A stretch of DNA of 64,000 nucleotides from Octopus sinensis (lineage: Eukaryota): contig NC_043005.1 in assembly GCF_006345805.1 (NCBI RefSeq), forward strand, positions 92,318,001-92,382,000, read 5' to 3'. Made by a program: the position numbers and the translations under genes. The notes beneath the pieces were generated by a model. That model saw only the letters and a program-made list of their open reading frames with translations, searched no databases and had not been told where the DNA came from. Below are positions 26,705-42,426 of this stretch, piece by piece (within the stretch, counting starts at the first letter, position 1; every line of letters starts with the position of its first letter).

Positions 26705-28239
26705 TTATTTTTTGCTTTCCAAGAAATAGAACTGAAATAATTAGTAAATAATTTCCTCCTAAAGTACATTGTTCAAAAATCCTAGACTTTATGTATAAAA
26801 GAAAGAGAAAAAAATGACAGCATAAAAGACACACCCTCTTTATTAGGAAAATGCATGACATTTTGTTTCATTTACCATCATCATTGCAATCCTATATTGT
26901 TTGACCTAGCTGCTAGAACCGTTCGATGTTTTCACCTGGCCATGACATTTTCACCAGTTAATAATATAATAATACAATGCTTAACATATTTCTTCTGTTC
27001 TATGTTGAATGTGAGTGAGAGTTCCTGCATGTGTGCATGCATGCATTACGAAATTATATGAGCCTCTACATAGAGATGACTACAAACCCTGTTTGAGAGT
27101 AATTGATAGCTAAAGGATGTGTAAACCCAAACATGCACAAATGTATAAAAGTAGATTTGTGTCAATTTGATGCATTTCAAAGATGTATATGTACATATAA
27201 TATGTCTGTGGATTGTTAACCATACACACATTACATGTACATAAATATTCATGATATACACCATATATATATATATATGATGGCTGCCCCCTCGTTATCG
27301 AGTATGGCCATTGCACGAAGCTTAACTGTTATTGGTGCTGTGATCGAATGTGACTTTTTAGCCCAGCTAAAGATCTACAATGTCTTGTACAGAATTGGCA
27401 GCTAAAAACCATATATACATACATACATACATACATGTGTGTGTGTGTTATCATCATCATCATCGCTACCATTTAATGTCCATGTTCCATACTGGCATGG
27501 GTTTGTTGATTTGAAAAGATCCAATGGACCCAAGGACCACACTGTACCCCAGTGATTGCTTGGTATGTTAGGTGACAAGCTGGCAGAAACGTTAGCACAT
27601 CGGGTGAGATGCTTAGCGGTATTTCGTCTGCTGTTATGTTCTGAGTTCAAATTCCACTGAGGTCGACTCTGCCTTTTATCCTTTCGGGGTCGATTAAATA
27701 AGTACCAGTTACGCACTGGGGGCGATATAATCGACTTAATCCGTTTGTCTGTCCTTGTTTGTCCTCTCTGTGTTTAGTCCCTTGTGGGTAGTAAAGAAAT
27801 ATGTATGTTTCTACAGCTGGATGCCCTTCCTAATGACAACCACCTTACCAGTATGTCTACAGTACATTTTCTGTGCCACCAGCACAAGTGAAATTGTCAC
27901 GCAGCTCACAAGACTATGAACCCCAGGGTTTGGGGGCAACTTTATGCAAGGAGATGAGAGGTTAAAGCATGAGAAAAGAAGGCAGAGAAGGTTCTTGTCA
28001 AGGTGCTACATGGCTACTCACATTTAGAAGATAAGGTAAAAGTGATGAGATGGAGCTGCTAGAGATAAATAGTGGTGATGAGGTGTCCCAGTGGCATCAC
28101 AAGGTACAAGGTGAGTTGAAGTGAGAGAGGTGAGAGAGGAACTAGTGTTGTTGGCAAGAGTATATGGGGGAGCAAAAGATGGAGAATTGAGGGAGAAGAG
28201 AGAGGATGGATGTAGGGTGTAGTGGATATGGGATGCTTT

Positions 28240-29205
28240 TCATAACGCCAACTACTCTGACAGAATAACGGGTGCTTTCACGTGCCAGTCATGTGACACC
28301 AGTATCTGCCACGACTACAATTTCACTTGGTTTCATAGGTCTTCTCGAGCACAGCATATTGCCAAAGGTCTTGGTCATTTTTCATTGCTTCCATGAGGCC
28401 CAACATTTGAAAGGTGCCCTTTACATGCCACCAGCATGGGTGCCAGTTACATGACACCAACAATGGCCACAGCTATGATTTCATTTGGCTTGACAAGTCT
28501 TCTCAAGCACAGAATATCACCAAAGGTCTGTCACTGGTCATTGAGGCTCAACATTCAAAATCATGCTTCACAACTTCATCCCATGTTTTCCTGGGTCTCC
28601 TTCCACTAATAGAGACCAACACTTCTTCACACAGCTGTCCACATCTATATGCATCACAAGTCCATACCAATGCAGTCATCTCTCTTGTACACTGCCTCTT
28701 ATACCCAACTTTTCTCTCAAGGCACTTACACTCTGTCATACATGCACACTGAGATTACACACCTAGAAAAGTGTACTAGCTTCATTTCTTTCAAGCCTAT
28801 GCATGTCCTCGGCAGTCATAGCCCATGTTTCACTGCCATGTAGCATGGCTGTTCACTCTGAGGGAGAGGCCCTTTGTCACCAACAGAGGTGGGAGCTCTC
28901 TGAACTTTGCCCAACCCATTCTTATTCTAACAGCTATGCTCTCAGAGCATCCACACCCCACACCCTCCACACTACTGACTTGGTCACCTATGTATTGGAA
29001 GCTATCAATTACTTCTAGTTTTCACCCAGGCATTTGATGGAGTCTATTTTCTATACATTTTTAGTGTTTAATGTGCCTGTGCACCTTCCACACACAAAAA
29101 CTAGTTTCCCTGTTAACCTTCCTCTGATATTGCTGCACCTCTTATGTGTCCACAGCTTACACTGGTGCATCTTATGGAACTTCTACCTATGCCTTTCCCA
29201 CAGAT
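28240..29205 (-). mobile_element. RTE LINE fragment (older copy)
   Basis: GRRPRKTWDEVVKHD remnant; homologous to 8.6-9.4 kb. Confidence 0.85.
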
Positions 29206-29206
29206 T

Positions 29207-30371
29207 TCTATAATAATAAATGTGAAAGCGAATGTCAGTGTGTCACACTTTTTTAACCTTACTCCTCCAACCCCCTCCCTCACTATTCAATGGCACTTCT
29301 ACTATTCCTCATGCTTTAACCCTCTCTCACTATTCAATGACCCTTCTATCATTCTTCATTCTTGGTTTTCTTCTTAATCCTAGCATTTTGAAAAGAATAT
29401 TTCTCTAAATATTATAACTATTTCCAAAAGTAATTTCCCAAATAAACATTTTTTAAAATCTTTCTCTAAATATCATAACTGTATCAAGTAATTTAACCAT
29501 AACACATGCTTCATAACATTTGGAACTGAAATATGTATTGAACTCACTCTCTCATACAATATTACCTCTCGTAACTCTGTATCATAAAAATGTTGCAAAC
29601 TTAATATTTTTTCAAATATTAATAAAATTTGTCGGACCTATTTTCATGCCATTGGCTGTCAGAGCTATGGAAACTTAGTGCACTCCGACTGCATGAAAAT
29701 AGATTTGACTAATTTTATTATTACCTAAAACAAATACTAAAAAATACTAAATTTTAAATATCTTTATGGTCAAATACATTTTGAGCAATTCCAAACCATA
29801 AAAGTCACACTTTAAAATAGTGTTTAGTGACAGTGGTGTAATTTTCCTACAAACTACCAACAGGAGTTTAGATATGTGCCAGTTACTATGAATAATTGTT
29901 TGTAGGAAAAGTAAGGCCCTACGTACATCAAATTGTCTTTAAATTGAGTGACGGCAGAAGAATAATCTTTGAACTTTTAAAAGGTAAGTTTATTGTTGCC
30001 TACGACCAGCTATATGTTGGTTGTTCAAAGGTAGGGAATGGAAACAAGCTATTTGTGCTGACCCTGAATAGGAAGACAAAAAATGTTGTTTATCATGCAG
30101 CTTTGCAGTAAGTTCCAAGTCAACAAATTATTTCATTGTTTTGATGAAAATTGTTTATTGCTTGAAAAATATTGTTCAAGTTTAATAAAGTTTAAACACA
30201 CACATATATATGACGGGCTTCTTTCAGTTTTCGTCTACCAAATTCACTCACAAGGCTTTGGTCGGCCTGAGGATATAGTGCATGAAGTGTCATTTTGGGC
30301 CCAAGGCCCAATGAAGAGCCCTCCACAGGAGCTAGCTTAAAAGCCACCCGAAAGGGTGGCTTTTAAGCTAG
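29207..30371 (+). mobile_element. Non-autonomous Helitron with a helicase C-terminal remnant
   Basis: 5' TC; QLYVGCSKV...KTKNVVY in ORF 29896-30111; 3' hairpin ending CTAG followed by T. Confidence 0.75.
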
Positions 30372-30875
30372 TATATATATGTGTGTGTGTGTGCATGTGT
30401 ACACACACACACACACAAACACACTTGCAATATACATACTTGTATTAAAAGTATATTCTTGCACACTCATTTGTATCTATACAGCTGATAGAAAAAAATC
30501 ATTAGAAGTAAGCACATAATTCTGTATATAATAATAGTGAAGTACATTAATTCAAAGCTCATAGATGTACGTGCATATATTTATACAACCTGTATATTTG
30601 AATATAAAGGTATTTTGTGGCACTTGTGCTAAGGAAAACATTGTGTGCAGTTCCACTGCAGACCAGCCCTGGTTGATAAAACCTACTATCAAAGACATTT
30701 CGCACATGACCAGCTATCTTTTCGTTTGTTTGTTTATTTGTATGTATGTATGCATGTAGGTAAGTAGGTAGGTAGGTAGGTAGGTAGGAAGGTAAGTAGA
30801 TAGGTATATGTGTATGTATGTATATATGTATGTTCATATAGATCTGGATGGACGTATATATATAAATTTATATAT

Positions 30876-30924
<49 letters not shown>

Positions 30925-30953
30925 TTATATATGTATATATATATTATATATGC

Positions 30954-31035
<82 letters not shown>

Positions 31036-31905
31036 AATTTATACATAAATATAAATATAAATATATAAATTTATATATATATATAAATTTATATATATGC
31101 ATATATATATAGAACGACAGAAGTCAAATTGTCTAATGTTTTTAAGATGGTCAATTAATGAAATTTGTCTATTATTTCTAGCATATCGAATGACTACATT
31201 GTTTCCTTCGCTGGTTCTTGTGTAGACGTTGGTATGTGTTGTTACGGGTGTGATGTCTTGGGGCTTGACACATCCAAAAATAGCGAAAAACTGGTTCCAT
31301 GCTCAGAAACAGCTACAAGGTGATCGTCTTTTCAGACATACTTGAACCACCGCATGTCTTTAAGTAGTCATTTTTCTAATGGAAAATATTGGATATAAAA
31401 TTTGGTGGGCATTTTTTTTTTTTTTCAAAAACAAATCCAATGATTACAACCAACAATTAGAATAAGTGTGTTATAAATCAAACTTGTCGATGCATTTGAG
31501 GTATACGTTAATGACGCTTGTTTGTGATTATGATGGTGAAAGTAGTGGCGGTCGTATATGGAATGAGGATGATCTGGTGCATCTGAGCGCGCGTGTCCTC
31601 ACAAAATACTAGTCATATACCGGCATATATCGAATAGAAATATGATCCATGGAATGTACTCAAATGATCCAGTGCTGTTACACCCTGTGCTGTCGTCGTC
31701 GTTGCTGTGATCATCATTGAGAGTGTCATCTATATCAGTTTGTCTTCTGAGCTGATGAAAATTTAACAAAATTAATCAGCTTAAAAACAAACCTGCAGAT
31801 CTAAAATCTAAGATCAAGCGGATAGCAAGTGTGAAAGCAAGCCTCTTCGCGAGGTAAAAAAATGCGGGGAGGAAGCTGAGAAAGATAAAAATACAATTCA
31901 CTTAC

Positions 31906-32150
31906 TCGTTGCAGTAATTCGGCAGTAATCGACCATAATGTAAAAACATCAGAAAGAGAGAGAGTGAGCAAAAACGAATGAATGAATGAGAGAGTCAGTA
32001 AGAGAGAGAGAGAGAGCAGGTGGTGGAGAGCGTGAAAGACAGAACGCAGAGAATGGCACGAAAACCTGATATCGATCTGAGGGTGTGGAACGAAGCTAGT
32101 GAAGAAGCCACAGCAGCCGTTTGTCTCCGAATTCAGTCATAAATTATCAT
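31906..32150 (-). promoter_or_regulatory. Candidate non-coding first exon and promoter of the tetraspanin gene
   Basis: GTAAGTG donor at 31905; non-repetitive, relatively CpG-rich sequence; (CT)n/GAGA tract immediately upstream at about 32155-32212; upstream boundary is approximate. Confidence 0.45.
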
Positions 32151-32152
32151 CT

Positions 32153-32212
<60 letters not shown>

Positions 32213-33537
32213 AATACCCTTTATGTATCTTAGATTACTGGGATCTGTAGTTGACACATTTTGCGGGGGAAAAAAAATAATAAATGATACAAATTAATCG
32301 AACTTGCCTCATACACCACTGATAACTTGTTTCATTCAAACGCTTCACATTATAAAAGGAATTCTATAAACAATTTTTTAGGGAACAGCGAAAGAATTAT
32401 CATTTTCTGGGATTAAATATTTAGATAAATCTTGCAATGAACTGTAAAGAAAATTGTTTAGGGAGAGGAGTTGGTTCGCTTTTAGCGGAGCAGATCCAGA
32501 TAAACTGATCTCTACATAAGATCGAAAACCATTGTAAAACAAAGCATCCGCAACGGTGCTAATGAAAGAAGAATTTTTAAAAAAGCATTTAAAAAACGCA
32601 ATCAAGAAAAGAAAACAAAGAGGAAAAGTGATTAAAAGGACGAACTACTAAATCATGGGAAAATCGAAAGAAAAATATTATTCGACAACAAATTTACTGC
32701 ACTCAAACAGGAGAGAGAGATAATGACAGCAGTTTAAACTTCGAAAGAAAGCAACACAATGAAGACTGCTTATATTTCTTTAGAGGGAGGGATGAGGGCT
32801 GTTCTCATGGCACAAGGATAATTTATGCATACTGTAGTTTGCTAATTTCTTACAAAATAGAAATAAAATTGATAATTTTGTAAGAGAAGAATATAGTCGA
32901 TAGAATCCATAATATATACCTACCTTCCTTCCTACCTACCTACCAACATACATACATACACATGAAAGAAGCCCGTCACATATAGTCATTTGACTGCGAC
33001 CATGCTGGAGCACCGCCTTTAGTCGAAAAAATCGACGCTAGGACTTATTCTTTGTAAGCCCAGTACTTATTCTATCGGTGTCTTTGGCCGAACCGCAAAG
33101 TTACTGGGACGTAAACACACCAGCATCGGTTGTCAAGCGATAGAATAAGTAATAGGCTTACAAAGGTCGATTGGTTCGACTAAAGACGGTGCTCCAGCAT
33201 GGCCGCAGTCAAATGACTGAATAAATGAATACACACACACGTGTGTGTTGTGTGTGCATGTATGTACATATACATGTATATATAAACGTTTTTGGATTTG
33301 GTTTGCAAGATTCTTTAGGTGAGTTCGTGTGTTGAAGCATATTCTGTTGTGTCTGTGGAGAGTCATTCTCTTTTAGTGCCTTATAATTCAGCACACTCAC
33401 CGGTAAAATTTCCACTTATTTCTACAATTTCCACAAATTTTCTAAAATGTTCGTTGCATCTTGCAACCTTTTCAATAGTTTTGACTGTAGTCAAAACTAT
33501 TGAAAAGGTTGGAAACTATTAAAAAAGGTCGAAATAT

Positions 33538-33594
<57 letters not shown>

Positions 33595-33911
33595 AAATGT
33601 ACTTGCATAGCAAGTGACCTGATCTGAGATCATGTGTTGAAACAAAAACAATTGCAGTGTGGAAGGTGTTTATAAGCCATTTAAGAAACACACAAAAACT
33701 GTTAGATTCACTTCAACATTTAAATATAATTTGCCAAAATATTTTTGTCGCTTTGAGATGCAGCATGAAATTTTGTCAGTGAACACGTCGCAGTCTCAAA
33801 GTGACAAAAGTATTTTGGCAAATTTAATTTGTTAAAGTGAATCTAACGGTTTTTGAGTGTTACTTAAATGGCTTATAAACACCTTCGACGCTGCAATTGT
33901 TTATATATATA

Positions 33912-35783
<1,872 letters not shown>

Positions 35784-35877
35784 CCCATACATATGTTGCA
35801 TCTATTTTCTTTCTCCACCTCACTCTTTATTTTGTATCACATCTAAACTAACAATGACTTAACCATCCTCTCACACC

Positions 35878-35929
35878 GTCTCCGATGAAGGGATATTATT
35901 AATAAATATCCTAGAAACAGCTGTAAGAC
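35878..35929 (+). ncRNA. Minimal type I HHR (U4C variant)
   Basis: GUCU-CCGAUGA-AG-GGAUAUU..AAUAUCC-UA-GAAA-CAGCUG-UA/AGAC; lies in a short element between TA tracts. Confidence 0.7.
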
Positions 35930-36492
35930 CTTCTATCTATAAATGCTCTAATATCTACACAGCCTCGGTCTTTTACCTTATTGCGCAAAAAATTCTTATT
36001 ATAAATATATATAATATAAACATATATATAAATTATATATGTGTGTGTGTGTGTAACGATTAAGTTGTAACAGATGAAAGATTATTTTTTGTGTAGCAGT
36101 TGGAATTGAATTGCATTTCTCTCACTGACCATTATCTTTAGTAGCTGTATTCCTTGTGATCATGATTCTAGCAGTCTGTTCCCTAACTAATTCAGTCGTT
36201 ACGAGCCGCCTCGCTCAGTTGTCGCCAAGTGACTACTTGGTTTTATAACTATCCAGAAGAATAGATATATCATTGAGAACAATAGATTTAGTTGGTGGTC
36301 TTGTTATCTCTATTCTAGCTTTTGGTGAAGTAGAAGAGGTTAGAAAGTGTTAAGTGGTGTCAAGGCAATCTGGCAAATGTAAAACTGCTGTCACAGAAAA
36401 ACTATTGTTTTACCGTGAGAAAAGTTCTGTTGAACTGTTAATTTAAATTTGGCTATGGTGGATCGAATCCACTTCATGCCTGCAAGACGCAC

Positions 36493-36575
<83 letters not shown>

Positions 36576-37308
36576 ACTTGGAAATGGATGCACCGCGTTC
36601 AGTTAAATAATAGATAATATAATATATATATATATATTTTAGGTCGTCAAGTATGAAATTTGTAGAAAAGAAAAAAAAAGTTTCCTAATGTTTTATAAAT
36701 ACAAGAAATAGTTTTATTCATCAAAGTAAGCACCCATATTGTCAATACACTTTTGCCATTTCAGCGGTAGCTTGTCCAGCCCGGAACTGTAAAAGCCTGG
36801 CAATCTAGAGTCAATAAAATCTTGGAAGGACTGTTTAACAGCATTGTTGGAATTAAATTTTTTTCCTATCCAAATATTATCCAAATTCTAGAAGAAGTGG
36901 TAGTTAGAGGGTCAACATCACTATTTTCCTCTCGTTCTGGTTTAACGACCCTCCATTTTTGTTTTTGTTCGGTTTCCTTGTATGTCTCCACTGTTATTTT
37001 TTTGTTTCCGACTTTGGCCCTCCATAAATCCAAAATTTTATTTTAAAATCTATAGGAGCAACTGTCTTTGAAGACTCATTGTCATTGAATGCTCGAAATG
37101 AGTAGACGGACAGCCGACAACTGATAAAGGTCCTTTCTCTGTGTTTACCTGTCCTGTTTTCCATTTTTTCTTGTTGTTTACGTATTTCATGTTATTTGCA
37201 CCATTGGTGACGTCCTGTACCCATATATGCACACACACACACACATATATTATTTATATATACGTATATATTTACTCTTTTTTACTCTTTTACTTGTTTC
37301 AGTCATTT

Positions 37309-37348
<40 letters not shown>

Positions 37349-37477
37349 TAAAAGGAATTCCAACCTTGTCTGATTTTCACGTTTTATTTACAATCTTATA
37401 ATGATATATTATAAGATAATATATTATAATTGAATAAAATAAAATGAAATAGTAGAATGTTAAATGTTCATTCTGAT

Positions 37478-37522
37478 TGAACTAGTACTTTCATGCATTG
37501 AATTCTGCAATCTTCGGGTTCA
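37478..37522 (-). ncRNA. Minimal type I HHR (U4C core variant) in an element related to the 14.1-kb palindrome
   Basis: UGAAC-CCGAAGA-UUGCA..UGCAU-GAAA-GUAC-UA/GUUCA with a palindromic helix III; element end 'aaaggaattccaac' at about 37350 is shared with about 14096. Confidence 0.7.
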
Positions 37523-37649
37523 TGTAGTAGTGATGACAGTCATGCTTCACAATTTTTATATTATATCATTTATTATTTATATATACATATATATTATATC
37601 TTTTATTATTTATATATACATATATATTATATCTTTTATTATTTATATA

Positions 37650-37698
<49 letters not shown>

Positions 37699-38939
37699 CA
37701 TACGAGTGAGTATACAAACGAAAGAAGGGCACATATATACTGGAATCAAAACAGTTTGATTCGAACTCCTTGATACTCTTGAAACTCAAAGTACCAAAGA
37801 GCTTGAATCAAACTGTTTTGATCCGAAGAGACACACAACTACACAGAAGACTGCCACTCCTGCTACTGAATTCTTCCTACAACATTAAGCGACACAAATT
37901 TCACTCACACATACACATATAAACTGCCAAAACTACACACACACGTGCTATTACACACACACATACAGACTTGCGTGCACGCTCATACCCACACATACCT
38001 CCTTCTCTTACACTCTCCTGTCTTAGAAAGAACTTTTTCTTCACCCATTCCCTTCCGGTCATTTTAAAATGTAACCACACGTGAATCATTGACAATTTTC
38101 TTCCTCCCGTCTTCCCTTCTATTGGACTTTCCTTTGCTTCCAAAGAAGAGAGTCTGCTTGAAACATTAAGCCATCTTTCTTTCCTTCTCTGAGCCTCTAC
38201 TAATACTTTACATGACTTTGGATTTTATATATATAATATATATATATAATATATATATATATATATAATATATACATAAATACATATATATATAACTACA
38301 TATATATATATATATACATAACTATATATATATATGAATCAAATACATATATACACACATATATACATATATATATTACATGCATGTATATAAATGCATA
38401 TAAATATGTATAAATATACATACATATACACATGCATAAATGTCTGTGTATATATATACACACACACACACACCTATATCTGTCACATGTAAATAATGTT
38501 TGTTTCTTTTTGCCATTGAGCATTGAGGCAGTTGTGAGATGTGCTAAAAATAAAAGCTGGATCTAGTTTTTTTCATTCACAAAATATGCATTTTTTAAAA
38601 GGAAGTAAAAAGTCTGAAAATCGGCTACAGTAATATAGTCATCCAGTCTCATTGCTATAAAGGCGTGATGTGGAGAAAAAAATTTACAAAAGTTTAAAAA
38701 TTGGAAAAACTGTGTATTTTTAGCCAATAGTGAGACAGAAATTTTCTGCGTTTAGCGGAGCAGTGTCAACTTTAAGGTTGTACCCTGTGAAATTTATAGT
38801 TTAGCGCCTGTGACATACCTGTTTATTGTAGGTTTCTAAATAGAAATACCTAATAAAATCAACATGTATTATCTTACTGTTTCTTTTGTCTCTTAACTGA
38901 TTGTATGTTTTTATTTTTTTTAATTTGTTATCTAAATAT

Positions 38940-39510
38940 ATAAATAAATCGAGATGGTGACTGCACTCCGGAAATAAGACGGCGTATAGTACTAGGCAGA
39001 GAGGCAATGGTCAGCATGAGCAGGGTCTGGAAGAGTAGAGACATCAGACTCGCTACCAAATGCAGATTGGTGAATGCAATTGTCTTCCCAATAGTAACGT
39101 ATGGATGCGAGACCTGGACACTAAAGAAAGCTGACCAGAAGAGAATTAATGCATTCGAGATTTGGTGTTGGAGAAGACTTTTGCGGATTCCATGAACAGC
39201 GAGGCTCACCAATGGAGAAGTTCTTAAGCAGATAAGGCCGAAAATGTCGCTAGAAGCTGGGATCACCAAGCGTAGATTGGCATATTTCGGTCATATTATG
39301 CAGAGAAAATCCCTGGAGAAGGACATCATGCTCGGAATGGTCAGCGGTAAGAGAGGAAGAGGCCGACCAAGAACCTGCTGGCTTGACACCATCAGGAGTG
39401 ATACCGGAATGGACATGGCCAGTCTGAAGGAAGCGGCCCAGGACAGAACTGACTGGAGGATACTGATCCAACGAGTGACCGAGAGTCGACTTCGACTGAG
39501 CAGATAGATA
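38940..39510 (+). mobile_element. RTE/BovB-like LINE 3' fragment
   Basis: IVTYGCETWTLKKAD..AFEIWCWRRLLRIP; LAYFGHIM..SLEKDIMLG. Confidence 0.88.
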
Positions 39511-40117
39511 AATATATATATACAAAGATGAGATACGAGATATCAAAATATTCAGTAATTTTCTGGCTATCAAATAAACTATATTTTCATTTACATATAT
39601 TTTACATTATCTCAACAACCAGCTTTAAGTTTTTGAAAGACACTGCTCTACAACGACCAGATTTCATTAGAAAGTGAAAATAGTTTCACACTTTCGATTT
39701 CAAACAAAATTACAAAGTGTTGCATTACAAGATTGATGCTTATCATCTATATTGTGATAAGGCGATAATATTGCTTCACTTTCATTCTTTCACTTTTAAT
39801 TCTAATGTGATAACATTAAGATCATCTTATTTCTATTATATCTGAAATAAATGAATAATTTACATCCTCATTTGAACAACATACGCATCGACAACTTTCC
39901 GTCTTTACAACCACCACAGCAGAATAGTGTGTCAGTGTATGAGATGACTGACATAACGAACGACTGGAGGTGAAACTCTCGACAAAAAACCATGAGGTGG
40001 TGGGTCCAAGGGATATAATAATACACATTCACTATTCAATTACCAGTTAATAATTATCGCAGTAGTTGCATGGTATTTAAATTAACATTGAATACGTGCT
40101 TAATATATATATATATA

Positions 40118-41377
40118 CGAGGGGCGTTCAATAAGTAATGCCCCTGACCCACTTGCAGTTGTTTGACCTAGCTAAAATTTTGCATGTGCACTTATTTATA
40201 CCTCTATAGATTAAGTAGCTCTGAACTAATTGTGGTTTCTGATTTACAGGTGTTTGAACTGAGTCAAGTGTGAAATGGAGCATGTTGAGTGTCGAGCAGT
40301 GATCTGGTTTTTGTATTTGAAAGGACGCACACCACGGGAGACTTTTGATGAAATGAAAGTAACTTATGGTGATGATGTCCCATCATATGACCTTGTAAAA
40401 CGCTGGCATTGTGAATTCAAACATAGTCGGAACTCTGCGGAAACAGCTCCCAGATCTGGTCGCCCCCTTCTGCCGTTGATGAGACGTCTGTCCGTAAAGT
40501 CGAGGCTGCCATTTTGGAAGGTCAACGCATAACTATTCGCCAAATAGCCCATGAGGTCAAGATTAGTACCGGGTCTGTGGAAACTACCATTCATGACCAT
40601 TTGCATATGCAAAAGGTGTCTGCCAGATGGATTTCCAGGTTGCTCACACCTTTCCAGAAGCAAGAACGCGTTGAGTGCTCGAGGATGAATTTGGAGATGT
40701 GCCAAGAAGATGAGTCAAAATTTTTCAAAAGACTGATCACACAGGATAAAACCTGGGTCCATCACTATGATCCATAGACCAAAGCCCAGTCAATGCAGTG
40801 AAAGCACCGTGACTCACCTCCTCCAAAGAAGGCAAGGGTGCAGCCCTCCACTGACAAGGTTATGCTCACAGTCTTCTGGGACCAGGACGGAGTAGTGATG
40901 ACAGATTTCCTGGCAAAGGGTACCACAATTACAGGAGCCTATTATGCTTCACTTTTGAGGAAATTAAGAGAAGCTATCAAAATCAAGAGGCGGGGCAAGA
41001 TCAGCAAAGGCATCCTCCTCCTGCAGGACAACGCTCAGGTCCACAACTCGCGTGTTGCCAGATCAGAAGCACAGGCGTGCAGCTATGAACTCCTCCCCTT
41101 GCACTCTCTGATTTTCACCTCTTCTCAGCCATGAAGTTGATTTTGAAAGGAAAGCGTTTCCCAGATGATGCAGCCTTGATTTCTGAAGTCACGTCGTGGT
41201 TGGAGGACCAATCTGGGGTCTTCTACAAAAACGGTCTCCAGAGCTGTATCAAACGATGGGAGAAATGCATAACTCTGGGTGGTTCCTATGTAGGAAAAGA
41301 CTAATAACTGTGCCAAGTGTCGTTGCTCTACTGCTATGGGAAGTGGGTCAGGGGCATTACTTATTGAACGCCCCTCG
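40118..41377 (+). mobile_element. Full-length mariner transposon with a decayed DD34D transposase
   Basis: 37-bp TIRs CGAGGGGCGTTCAATAAGTAATGCCCCTGACCCACTT; TA target; fragments SARWIS, ITQDKTWVHHYDP, LLQDNA; stops and frameshifts. Confidence 0.95.
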
Positions 41378-41428
41378 TATATAGATATATACATATACAT
41401 ATATATATAGAGATATATACATACATAC

Positions 41429-41459
<31 letters not shown>

Positions 41460-41515
41460 CATATATATATAGATATATACGTATATATATATATATATTA
41501 TATATATATACATAC

Positions 41516-41571
<56 letters not shown>

Positions 41572-41749
41572 ATATACATAGATACATGCATACATATATA
41601 TATAGATACATACATATATACATATATAATATAAATACATACATATATATATATATAGATACATATATTTATAGATACATACATATATATATTATATTAT
41701 ATAATATAGATACATACATATAAATATATATATACATAGATACATACAT

Positions 41750-41790
<41 letters not shown>

Positions 41791-41816
41791 TACATACATA
41801 TAAATAATATATACAT

Positions 41817-41883
<67 letters not shown>

Positions 41884-41927
41884 CTATATATATATATAGA
41901 TACATACATATAAATATATATATACAT

Positions 41928-41990
<63 letters not shown>

Positions 41991-41992
<2 letters not shown>

Positions 41993-42388
41993 CGCAGGAG
42001 TGGCTGTGTGGTAAGTAGCTTGCTAACCAACCACATGGTTCCGGGTTCAGTCCCACTGCGTGGCATCTTGGGCAAGTGTCTTCTGCTATAGCCCCGGGCC
42101 GACCAATGCCTTGTGAGTGGATTTGGTAGACGGAAACTGAAAGAAGCCTGTCGTATATATGTATATATATATGTGTGTATGTATGTGTTTGTGTGTCTGT
42201 GTTTGTCCCCCTAGCATTGCTTGACAACCGATGCTGGTGTGTTTACATCCCCGTTACTTAGCGGTTCGGCAAAAGAGACCGATAAAATAAGTACTGGGCT
42301 TACAAAGAATAAGTCCCGGGGTCGATTTGCTCGATTTGCTCCAGCATGGCCGCAGTCAAATGACTGAAACAAGTAAAAGAGTAAAAGA

Positions 42389-42390
<2 letters not shown>
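41991..42390 (+). mobile_element. Full-length tRNA-derived SINE with an internal microsatellite; partial copies near 18.0-18.3, 22.5-23.3, 23.6, 30.2 and 33.0 kb
   Basis: A box TGGCTGTGTGG, B box GGTTCAGTCCC, tail CCAGCATGGCCGCAGTCAAATGACTGAAAC(AGTAAAAG)n. Confidence 0.85.

Positions 42391-42426
<36 letters not shown>

Noticed and set aside
41991-42065. tRNA gene
   Set aside because: The A and B boxes continue into a repeated SINE body and there is no complete cloverleaf.
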